A DNA stretch of 64,000 nt from Gnetum montanum (taxonomy: Eukaryota; Plantae; Gnetophyta). Of this stretch, positions 38,189-50,300 are shown in pieces. The notes beneath the pieces were generated by a model, which was given only the letters and a program-made list of their open reading frames with translations, was not told the DNA's origin and searched no databases. The translations under genes and the position numbers were made by a program. The stretch covers positions 160,817 through 224,816 of the forward strand of contig MNCI01001933.1 in the NCBI GenBank assembly GCA_015680685.1. The letters are read 5' to 3'. Every line of letters begins with the position of its first letter. The first letter of the stretch is position 1.

Positions 38189-39850
38189 AAAGCCCTGTGC
38201 GGACTGCCTCGGCTTAGGACTCTGCATTTACGTGCCAATAATTTTACTGGAGGTATCGATGCACAGATACGATACGTAAAATCCTAACAACGGTTGTATC
38301 TTGGGAGTGGGGACGAACAAATTTTCAGGAATTCTAATCTCAGAGATGGGCAAAGGTAACATTGGATTTTAGCGGAAACAACATTTCAGGTGAGATTCCC
38401 ACAGCCGTTGCTGCGGTAAGGAATCTGCATTACTTGAATCTGAGCATGGACAGCTTTCAGGGTCCCATTCCGGAACTTGGCAAACGCTAAACGCCTGAAA
38501 TCTCTAATCTTTCCAATGATCACTTGCATGGGAAAATTCCTGAGGCATTAGGACGCCTGAAGCTGAGCTACTTGGATTTATCTAACAATGATCTCAGCGG
38601 GCCTGTTCCAAATTTCATTCTGAATATGATCACTAAACCTAAAAGCAGATTTGCCGGCAATCCAGGCACGCGCATGAAAAAAGCCAGCAGGGTTGATCCC
38701 GGGTTCATTATTACTCTTCCAGTTTGTGCGGATTCCAGAAAACCGCATTCGTACTCTACTAACTTCATAGCATTGATCGTTGCAGTCTTTGAAATTTTGT
38801 TTGTTGGATTGATGTGGATGAGCCTTAGGAAAAACAAACAAACATACAGGAGGACAAAAGGAAAGGAATCTCCAGGCGCCATTTCTCTGTGAAAGCTTTC
38901 CAGGACATCGATTTCTCGGCGGAGGAGATTTTGCGAGTCATAGAATAAGTGGAAAGTATGGAAAAGTCTATAGAGTGAATCTCAAGAATACTGTAACGGT
39001 TGCAGGGAAGCAGATTTGCAGGGAAGATGTTAGCAGATTAGAGAGAAGTTTTAATGCAGATGGGGAAATCGTTGGTCGTGTTCGCCATACAAACATTGCA
39101 AAGCTTTACTGCCGGGTTTCAAGTAGCAGATTTGATCTCTTCGTAAGCGAATATCTGCCCAACGGAGATCTGTTTCAGGCTCTGCATGAAAACCAGGCAG
39201 AAAATTCATCCATGAACTGGCCGCAGAGATATATGATTGCCATGGGTGTGGCCAATGTGCTGGCATATCTCCACCATGATTGCCATTCCCTAATCATTCA
39301 CGAAAATGTCAAGAGCAGAAACATTTTGCTAGAGTTAGATCATGAACCCAAGATTACCGATTTTGGGGTATTAAAAAATGTTCAGGATCCCGAACAGCTT
39401 CACTCATTCAGTAGAACAACGCCGGGCTACATGGCGCCGGCTAAGTGCAGAAAACCCGTTCCGAAGCTTCCTGCTGAAATTTGTTTTTCTTAATGTCCAC
39501 AGACTACAATCAGTATCTGGAAAATTTGTGTGTCTGCAAAACATGTCTTTTCTCTGAAACCCACAGAGAAAAGCACTGTGCATGGTTTTGGGGTGCTGCT
39601 TCCGGAGCTGCTGCTTGGAAAAGAGGTTGCTGGGTTGCATTTTGGCCAAGCCAGAGACATTGTTTCCTGACTTACAGAGTTAATGGCGGATCCCGACACG
39701 GTTGTGGAAGATTTGTTTGATAAAGCTACTACGCAAACTTCTAGGAAAGATGTGTAAGGCGTTAGAAGTTCCTCTGCTCTGTGTTTCGAGAATTCTTAGT
39801 GGGCGACCTAGTATGAAGATGTTATAGCGTTGAAAATTTGTAATCCATGC
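38189..39850 (+). pseudogene. LRR receptor-like kinase pseudogene, C-terminal LRRs, transmembrane segment and kinase domain (LRR-XI)
   Basis: GKIPEALGRLKLSYLDLSNNDLSGPVP, TM segment FIALIVAVFEILFVGLMW, and kinase VRHTNIAKLYC...LAYLHHDC..IIHENVKSRNILL..KITDFG..GYMAP. Catalytic HRD has decayed to HEN. The conserved intron after GYMAP has a broken donor (g|ctaagt). Frameshifts present. Confidence 0.9.
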
Positions 39851-39999
39851 ACGTCTGGTTGGAATTACCTCAGCCTATTAATTAATTAATTTGATTCTCT
39901 CTGCCAGACCCAGCCTCAGCCTGAGCCTGAGCCTGATCCAAACAAGAACCGGTAAGCCAAAGATTAACGAGTTAGCCGAAGGATTTAACGATATCTCTG

Positions 40000-40715
40000 T
40001 TTACTTGATCCTATGCAAATAACTCAAGAAAAACCGTGAAATTTTGGTTGGAACATGCAATGTCAATGTCATCAGACCAAATATGTCTCCGACCAAATAA
40101 CTCAAAGAGACTCATAATATGGTTAGTATTTTCAGAGGATGCAATGGTTAGTATTTTTAAAGAATGCAATGCAATGGTTGAGAAAAAGAAATCTCTTGGG
40201 AAGACATGCAGCAAAATCCTAAACATATTTGCCAACTAGACAAAAGGTTTTAACATAGATATGGGCTAATGGAGGCAAGATGCAATTTTATTTACATCCA
40301 GTGAAACCTAATAACTTAGGGGTAGAAGCAGCTGCTATTATCATCAAGTATCAAAATACTATCAAGCTTCACTTAAATTCTCATTATCTTAAAATTGAAA
40401 GTTGCAGATGGTTTCAATTTTCTCAAGAGCACATTTATAGATTGTGCAAATCAAAAACCCTTGAAGATGAGTTACATGTGTTTCTTTCTTGTGCTATGAT
40501 TACCCATTTGAGACAACTTTATAATGTTATAGCAAAAAACCTGTATGATTTGTTTTTAATGCCCAGTTGGTGCTTGGTCAATTTGTAGAGTCTATCTTTA
40601 TGATTTGTTTTTGATGCCCTATTAGTACTTGGTCAATCTATAGAGTCTATCTTTATTTTTCATGAACATATAATCTTATAGGTCTTCAGTCGTAACAAAG
40701 TTATTTCATTATACG
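40000..40715 (+). mobile_element. 5'-truncated, degenerate LINE 3' end (RTE-X/CR1-like C-terminal zinc-finger region)
   Basis: LNSHYLKIESCRW...RLCKSKTLEDELHVFLSC...LR matches the SH.L.IE.GRW...C..C...EDE.HF...C...R motif at the end of such LINE ORF2s. A ~55-bp local duplication lies at 40544-40655. Confidence 0.7.
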
Positions 40716-41209
40716 ATCCAGTAACATGTCTTACAAACAAAGAATATGAAAAAAAAACACAAGAATAAACTTGGATCATAATTTTATAAGTGAAAACGCA
40801 TAGAAATAAAGGAGCGGTTTAAAATTCAAATGTTCAAAGAATCAATATATTAAAAACTAATCGGATTGACCTGTCAAACATACAAGTAGCTGATCTCACC
40901 CACTTCATAGGGTATTTGTGCCAAGGCACAAGTATATATCATGTATGGAAACAGGATTAATTTTAATATTGCTTTCAGAAGGCCAAAGCAATTTAACAGA
41001 ATCAAGGATAAGAGGACCAAAATTTAATGAAATACTGCTAAAAGAATAGTTCAGCTTCTCCAGAATCTAAAAGCAAAAATTTATTACAACCAATTTTACT
41101 CATTTATTCAACATGGATACTCTTATGCCAGAGATAATTACATTGATAAAATGCCCTCTGAACTAAGCAACAAATATTCATGCCAAACAGATGCAAATAG
41201 CCCCCATTC

Positions 41210-41353
41210 TCATTGATACCAATCAAGGAATAAGAGACCCAATGGGAGAACTACCAGAAACAATAAAATAAATGTCCGACTGCTGTTATTTCGACTTATA
41301 GCTTTTGTAAGCTCCTCATTTCCTTTCTTGACGTTCTCTGTTGCCCTAATTGC
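41210..41353 (-). CDS. SYP81: SYP81 exon 7 (SNARE end and TM anchor)
   Basis: TAG acceptor; [47 protein letters not shown]. Confidence 0.93.
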   Translation of the reverse strand, partial: AIRATENVKKGNEELTKAISRNNSSRTFILLFLVVLPLGLLFLDWYQ

Positions 41354-44300
41354 CTATCAAGGTGAAATAAACATAAAATTTGGTGAGTTGTGCAGAAATA
41401 CCTTTAAAAAAAGGGTTTTTTTTTTTTAAAAAAAAAAACAGACTACCAATGCAAGAACATAATTCTCAACCTACAACTGAAAACATGGCACGGATCCTCA
41501 GAAATTCTCAACCTAACCCTGCTTGCATGAATACATATTCTGAATTTTAAGCACTTTATGTGTGCATGAACAGTGCTTAAAATTCAGAACAATGTGCCCA
41601 TGGAGACCTATGTAAATGTATCTTTTGCTGCTTAGTCTTTATCTATGCATAGCATACTTTGACTTTTCATCTCAATTTTTAATAAGACAATGCCAGAGTA
41701 TTGACAGAATACCTACTGTTCTTGCACACAGAAAAAAGGATCATCACCTGGAGCCTTAATGCTCATTTCACCAAGCTGGGTCTTGGGAAAGTTGGTAGAT
41801 GATTGAAAGCCCAACCTCTTTTTGAGTGGTTATGGCCAAGATCAAACCTGTTTTCTGACTCGAAACAAGCACCTTACCAATATTCCATATGTTGTGTATT
41901 TTCTGACTTGTTTCTAATACTAAAAACTTAAGAGCATATTATATATTGTTGTATTGTCTGACATTCCAATACCATAAGCCTCAGAGCAAGACCATCATTT
42001 CAGATGGCATTAGTATCCTTTTATTTTAATTTAGTTTGAAATGAGTAAAAAAGATACAATTAATGAGAGAGTTTAGATTTGGGTGCATGCAAGAATTCCC
42101 CGGGAATGCAAGATATCTTTAATGAGAGCGTGAGACCATCGTTCACATCTCTCGAAAGCCATGTCAATAGTTATTCCAAGACATAATGAAATATTTTTAA
42201 AAAATTTCAGATGTTTAACACAATAAATTATAGAGAATCTCAAGTTCTTCAAGACAGCTTCATTTTTTTTAAAAGTACACTATATGATTGCGGGCTGCAA
42301 TGATTGACACCAAATGAAAACATCCAATTTTTAACTAAGAGCATGTTGTACACCTGCTAAAAGAGATACTTGTTACCGTTTATTCAATCTACTCTTTATT
42401 TTAAAAAGTGTTACCTGTTCATATAAATGTTCAATTTGCTGTGCTTGGTGTAGAACATGTGTTGAAAATAGATGATTTAAAGCTGACATTTCTATCATTT
42501 TGGATTCTGTTTCTTCAACTGCATCCAGAAGATCAGTAAGCTCCACCTGCACAACATGAAAACATTCTATTTGAGAAATAGTAACTGAAAAAAAAAAGCT
42601 AGCTTAATAAATCATAGCACACAAACAGTACTAATAAATATATTACCTGCAGAGCTTGCGTCTCTTCATCTAACAGTTGTTGCAGCTCCTTTGATTCAAA
42701 GGAATAACTTTCCTTAATTTTTGGCTCCGTCTCCGAGACATCTCTATTTAGAGGTTTTTCTGTGACATGACACTTCTGTTCAGAATGTCGCATCTTCTTG
42801 GAAATTTTTCTATCAAGCATTGCTTGTAAACGCACTGAACGCATTTGTTCAAATACAGCAGCGACCGCATTTAGATGATCACTTAAAATCAAAACCTGTT
42901 TTCATCAACTTACTATTTTAGAAAAAGGAACCCGATGAAAGATAGCAGTCTATTTGTTTGGATGTAATTACAGTCAAAGGAATGTAAATTTTTTAATTTA
43001 AAATATACAAGTGAATCGCATAACTCGTTTCATTTAATTGGGCATTTTTACCAAAATCCAGCACAGAGGCCAAGACTTGTTAGGAGGATGATTGCAGATT
43101 TTTTGTCTAATTGGAAAAGGTCTCAAGGCTATACATATGTTCACATAAAAGCAAGGGTTTTGAACACCCTTACTCTCTGTGTATATTATGAAATTTGGTT
43201 GGAATTCGATGCATCTACACCGTTGGAACTCATCCTCCACAGTGCATTTGGTCTGTGGCACTCACCCTCTAAAGAGACTTGACACATTTTTGGAGGGGCT
43301 TTAAGGGAGATCATGCAAATCTTTTTTGCTTAACATTTCCGGAAAGACTGCCTATTTGTTCATTCACCAGGGTCAGCACGAAATCACGATGAAAGGAACA
43401 AAGGAAGTGGCCCTCAGTAGCAATGACTGAATAAATATTTCTTTATTTGACATTCAAGAATGCAGATGATCAGGAATTCCAACATATTGTATTAGATGGT
43501 GAATTTGCTTTACTGTGGCCACTATACAGCCGGGATAGATATTGTATTAGAATATTGCATAGGTTTCAATCCCAATCTCAAGCATCAAAACCGCAGGGAA
43601 TTATATTACTATCTCTAACAAAATAAAATATAATGCAATGCAGCATTTCATTTTAAGTTTTCATTTAACCTTCCATATTATACATAGACGAGCATGAATT
43701 GTGAGATCACTAACCCCTTATCTAACAATATGCATGTAAGATATGGTTGAATATTTTTACAGTAATGATCCACCGAGAAAAAACAAAACAAAAACAAAAA
43801 CCTTTTTAAATTTTTCATTTTCCAAAAGTATCATATGCCTTACCGGTACTTCTTCAAGATTTATTTCATTAGCTATGTGTTGGTGTGAACCTCGCCCATG
43901 CTAAGCATGGGGCCATGTTTAAATATGTTCGAATACCATGAAAATTTAAAAGTCCTATTAGTCTGCTATCTTTACCAATATGCATTTATTCATCAACAGA
44001 TATATAGTCCAATTAAGACTTTATAACTCAGTGTTTCCCTCCAGAGCCAAACTGATGACTTTGTTTTCAGATCAAGAGTTTACCACTAAGCTAGCACCTC
44101 ATTATTTGATACCATTAATAGTGAATGAGTTGTAAACAATGTTAATGGAAAGAGTCACATGGAGCCTCAACCAAGTTACGCTAAACAGATTTCTTTAATT
44201 TAGCTTAACACATTGCAAGTTGTAAGTTTTGACTCATAAATTATACTTAATGGATAAGGAGTTGTAAACTTTGAGAGGTTTTTTAAAATAAAACTTTAAT

Positions 44301-47300
44301 TATTTAAATCCAAACTAATAGTTTAGAAAACTTTATTGTATTTTATTATACTCGATAAAAACTTATTTATTTTATCATCATAATATTGAGTAAACCTAAA
44401 TTTTAATAATCATAAAAATAAGTAGTTACATTGAACTTATTCCTTATACTTAAATGCAAATAAATACATTCTCTTTATGGAAATTATTTGTGATCAAGGT
44501 GACCCAACAAAATAATTAATAAAAAAAAAAGCAAGACCCTATGTTAGGTTAAAACAATAAAGGAAGAAAAAACTTACTCCAATGCAATTGCCAAGTTTAT
44601 CATTTCAACCCATCCTAATTTGTTTAAGGTCGATGTTTTAACTCTCCCAACTTTTCAGTAGTTGTATAAAGATACGAGTGTACATAAATCTGAAGCGCTC
44701 TCATGTTAAGCGGGAAAAGTCAAAAGCATATACGGACTTCTTCGGTGCAGACTGTTCACTCCAACTGCATGCGATGTTAAATTAGTTTTTAGTTCATGAG
44801 CTTTGATATAAAATTTTATTTTATTTCTAAGACTCCAACAGAAAAATGAGTAGAGTTTATCCCTGGTTTTTAATTGTTGTTTTGAACAGGAGAATTTATT
44901 AGTATGGAACCACAGCACAGCACGGTCAGAGCTATCTCTCCCATCCTGCAATTAAGCAACGAAACAACAAACACTAAATACAGGTGGCTGGAAATATTCA
45001 GGAACATCATATGTGGGTGATGGCTGAAACCGGTGGCATTTGCGGCAGAACGTGGGGTGGTGGAGTAAGTGGTTGGGCGTTTCGTAGAGAATGTGGTGGT
45101 GGCCGAGAAGGTGGCAAAAGTTACACCAGGGGAGCTGTGGTGGTGGTAGAGATGTTGTGGACATGGGCATTCATTGCCATTGGCTAGGAAGCCTAAAAAT
45201 GATTGTAGGATGCATGGATCAACATTCACAAACGTTCCTAAATGGGAGTTACAAAACGTGGTTGTGGTTCATGGCAGACAGAATGCGGTGGCACGGCCTT
45301 TACAGAAGGTGGGGCATTCGTGGCACTGAAGGTGGTGGTGGTTACACAGAACATGGGCATTCATGGCAGCAGTGGTGGCAGGCATTAGACAGGTAATGGG
45401 TTGTAATTGATGCGGTTCCCTGCCAGCAGCTATAAAACAGGAGGTCAGCAAGTGTTTAGAAAATCATCAGATCCTAGGAGTAGCCAAGAACCCAACAGGC
45501 GGGCTTCTTTTTTTTTCGGGGCATCAAGCCTCCCCTAGCATCTCAGTCTAGAACCTCTAGTCTTTCCTAGAGGTGGTAGATAGCGGGCTCCCTCTATGGT
45601 GTGGGATCCAGCTTCTTCTCTCTCACCAAAACAACAGTATCTTTTTCTTTGGGGCTGTAGTGGGCAGCTCTCTCTCTCTCTCCATTGGCAACAGCAGTGC
45701 ATAGGAACGGCTAAGAAACTAGCAGGCAGCAATTTCTTCCTTCTTCTTTTATGCTACAGCAAGCAACCTTCTCTCTCTCCCTAAACAACGTACCCATGGC
45801 AAACGATGCCATCTGCCTCTTTCCTCCCTTCTGGTCCGCGTGATAGGCAAGCAAGCTCCGAAGGCAGCGGTGGCGATCGTGACAACGACGGTGACATATG
45901 TGTGCGTGCAGCTCACTTCTTCCCTTTCTCTTCCTCTTCAACAGCGGTCGAAGTCTTCCTACCCGGCAATGAACACCACTAGTAGTGACAGACAACGGCA
46001 TCAATGGGATGAGGAAAAATTTATTCATTTTAGTCACCTATTGTATTCTAGAATTTCAAGAACAGTTTTTTTTTTTTTTAATTCCCCAATTTTCCAGTGT
46101 GATTTAATATTTTGAAACATCACATAGCCCTCTCTAGGTGAGACTATTCCCAAGTTTCTCTACCCATACAGGAGGCGCCCTAGGCAATAGTCTCCTAAAA
46201 CAAGTTTTCTTTCCTGGTGTTCGTGTGTCCAAAATTTACGCATCAACACTATGTTATGTCATTGACATTTCTGAACTTCATGATAGAACCTTTTTTCTAA
46301 AATACCAGGGCTTGAATGCAACTCTAGAACCAGCAGATAAATGGATGACACCATAACCCATGTAAGCTATATATTTCCACTATGTTATCTGGACAATGGA
46401 ATGCTATGTTTTCCCATCAACTCCGATCTTTTAGATTTCATAAACCTTAAAATACCGAAGCGATTTCCTTACGCATCGTATCAGGTAGACATCTAGATAA
46501 GAAAACAACCTTAACTGAAGTTACGTACGTGCCCCTAATATCTCAGTAACATTTCTAATTGTCTAGATGTTTTTGCTCATGAAATCATAGCTCTGTCATC
46601 TATAGATGGCAGTGTAATGTCTGTAAACAGAACTGCTAATAAACACAATAAAATGCAATAAACAAGCAAATTAAGTTGTCGCCGTATCAAATAAGATGTA
46701 TCAGCATCATAACTATGAACTCTGACCAAACATTCCTTGCAAGGAACATACATCCTTCAACAATCGTATGTCTTGTTCAGAACTATTGGAAGTAAAAGAA
46801 TTGGAAATCATTGAATCAAAGCTTAATGCCTATTTACAACCTGCAAAAGTGTTGAATGAAATCTCAAAAAAGAAGCGACACTAAATTATGATTTTAGTAT
46901 TGCCTGCAGTTGAGATGAAGAAAAGAAATTCCATGGCACGGAGCTTTCATTTGAAATTATGATAGGAAACCAATAGGCATCATGGTTTTTATCAAGTTTC
47001 TGTATCATAATCTGACCATGCCAAATCTAACATAAAAGAACTGCTTAAAAAGATTTAATAGGAAAATGAACTTTTGTTTCTGGAAAAATAAAGGAAAGAT
47101 ATGTGTGGTCCACCCTTCACATCTCATTTATATAGATGTTTAATTACATCCAAGACTATGGATCTATAGGAGGTTTCAAAATCAGCCACGTGAAGATATT
47201 TCGAAATTACTTTCTAAGTCATTTTTATCATAAATGCTCATTAAACAGGAATAGATAAATGAATAGAAGTTTTTTCTTTTACATCAAATGATCTCCGGTG

Positions 47301-50300
47301 AATAAATGAGTGGATAACTGGACTTGACTTGATTTTACTTGACACACTACATCTCATCCCATTACAGGATCTTACATTATTTAAAGGTTGTGGCCCCTCT
47401 ATAGAAGGTCATATTTACAAAGCAAGAGTGATTACAAAAGTTAACGTGTTTTATCTTAGTAGCTAAGAAATTAGTTAATAATAGTTACAGAATTTGACCA
47501 TTGAAATTGCCATATTCCAACACTCCCCCTTAAATTTTCTACTGGGTAGCATTGATTTATAAATTTTTTTTAAAAAAAAGACCCATAAAAGGAATTTTGA
47601 AACTGGTCCAATAGATCCAAGGGGTCTCAGTGGATGTAAGTAAAAATTTCAGTTTCAGTTTCAGAAAATATGTAGTGGAATCTTTTAATAGCTCTTATGG
47701 TTTGAAATCTTTCACCCCAAGTAAAACATTGGTACAGATTGAAGATATCACCGCACATTCTTGGGCTTCTGCTCACTGTGAATTTTCTCACCATTGTCAT
47801 TGGTATGGTTTTTCATAATTCTCTTGCTTTGTGGGCTCCACTGGTTCCTTGATTTCTTTTACTTCCATAGGATTTCATGCCCATTGGTTCCCTAAGTCCT
47901 CAGACTCCTTGTGAACTAACTTCTTAATGAAGTTGTTTGAGGTACCATACTATTCAACAACTACGAATTTCCAAGTGCTTCACAATTAGTGTGAGTTTTG
48001 TTCTTCCATAATCATCTGCATTATGAAGAACCTCCATTGCTACTTTTTAGTAACATCTTCTAAGGCTTTTTAGCTTAGACTTCCACAATGCATTGTCCTT
48101 TGATGCTTTTGAGTCATGACATGGTTTTTAGGCCATCCCCTTACTCTCAAGGCCATTCTGTTTCTTCACCTCCATCAGTATCCAGCTATCTTGGATTTTT
48201 GAGGTTTTCCATGATTAGAGTTCTTGCGCTTCCAGTTGACTCATCATTTATCATGATGGCCAATTTTATTGTTACAGAACTTTCTCTCTGTCCATAGTGT
48301 TAACAAAAGAATGAACAATAAGCATCAACAGTTCCCCTCATTGTGGAATCCTTTTTTGAAGCTGCAAAAGACAGCTCCTCCAGATGATGAGGTTAAAGAA
48401 TCACATATTGTAACAACATTGCCCCGACGTTGTTCGCAAGGAATTCCCTTAGGGGTGTTGGACAACGTCAGGGCAACGTTGTTACAAGTGGTATCAAAGC
48501 ATTTTTGTAACATATTGTAACAAGTGTGTTACCCTCTGGCAGTGTTATACTTTTGAGGTTTCTTATTTATGGTCCTTTCGGATTTGTATTCCTGGTGATA
48601 TAGGATCATATCCTCATGTATTCTTCGAAGAGTTGCCTTATAGTAAGACTCTTAAGCTTTTCATTTTTGGGCCCAAGCTACAGTGCTAGCAGCCCATGTA
48701 TGTTCTTCTTACTAGAGAATGTATTCGATTGCATTGTGGTGTGTCCTTCACTAATTTACTTGTGGTTGGACTAGTTGCGGTGAGGAGAGTTCTATTGGCA
48801 ACTTACAAATTGTTGTTGCTTGAGGAGCTCTCATCTCGGGTCCCCAGTGGTTCATCTAAGATGAATTGGACCTCCACCCAAATGACATGTATCTAGATGG
48901 CATTGATCGGATTGTGCAGGATGTGGTATCCTTGCACACCCACTTATCTTAGATACAGTGAGTGTGGGAATTGCAAACTGGGACATGCTAGTTCCCAAGT
49001 ACCTTAGGATGGAAGGCCTTCAGACATGTGCTCCTGGTGAGCCTTATTTTGGGTGGATAAAGACTGTCGCCACTAGACTTCATATGCTTGGGTTTGCGAT
49101 TGTATGTTTATCTAGTTGTGTCAGCGTGTCTTTCCTTGGCTGCATTTTCAAATTCTACATGCATGTCCCTCTGGTCATGTCTATCATTCGTTAATGCAAG
49201 GCTTTGTGCTCTATACTGAATGATGACTTGTTGTTGGGATTGTGGAGGATGCAAGGATGCATTTTAAGGCCATGTGTGCCATCCCCAAGACCAAATTGTT
49301 GGGGTCCTTGTTTTGATAACCTCTTGTGCTTCAAGTTTGGCTAGATTAAAGATGGTCCTAGGAAGCCTTCAAAATTGATAAAAAAAATGAATCAACGGGT
49401 GTTGAGAAGCCATTCAAGAAGGAACTTGGCTGGAATTGTGGAAAAAGAGCACATCTTCTTGCATAGGTATGGGTCTATGTAGGAAGACAAGTCTCTAGAC
49501 CTGATAAGGGACAGATCTAGGGGACGTTGGCCCTTTGGGTTGGACTTATTCCTCTTGTCACAAAGTAGAGAAAGTTTTTTGGCTTCCTTCAAGTGTCCTT
49601 TGTGTTTCATACAAGGCCACGGATGGAAGGACGTATCAGGTGTTGGGGTTGATACTTTACTTCAAGCCTGGCGTCAATTGAGTTCATGGACTCCCCAGAA
49701 TTGACAAAGCTCCAAACCCATTCTTGACGTGTACTCGCAAAGCTTATCCTAGGTTCTGCTATGAGGACGTCGCTTCTTTTGTGCTAGGGAGAATTGTGAG
49801 AGAGGTCCTAGGATGGAGGTTCTCCTGGTCTGTCCCCATGGTTCGAGGGGCATGGAACACTCTGATGTGTCCTTCAGTGGCACTCAAGTGTTAGATACCC
49901 ATCCCAGCTTGGCGATACCAAGCCAACAACAGGACTCCCTCCTGTTGCATCCCTTTCTAAGTCATCTTCATACTACCCTCACATGAGAATTACATGGCCT
50001 TGAGTCTATAGTGGTTGTAGATATGTAGGCAGCCAGGATTGGATAGTTCTGGTGCAATGCCTTGCTAAACCTTGTACCAGATTATAAGGGGTATGGAGGT
50101 GAGGCACCCCTTGTATAAACATCGTCTCCCCTTCCACTGATGATGTCTACAAGGTTGCTTGTGTACTTGTTTGCTAAGTCCTTGTTAGAAGTTTAGAGGT
50201 TCCTTGAGGTGTTTTCTCTCTTGTTAAGAAGATATTAAGCCACTTGCTCGTTTCCAAGGGATGCTTGTTGGTTTAGAGGCGTATTCCCTAGGTCTTCCGC

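Noticed and set aside
38975-39493. Functional stand-alone kinase or pseudokinase gene
   Set aside because: Frameshifts upstream, a decayed catalytic loop, a broken splice donor and stops in the last exon show it is part of the pseudogene.
44870-46115. Overlapping GC-rich ORFs as a nested gene in the SYP81 intron
   Set aside because: Low-complexity translations in several frames with no domain or splice structure. It looks like DNA-transposon subterminal sequence.
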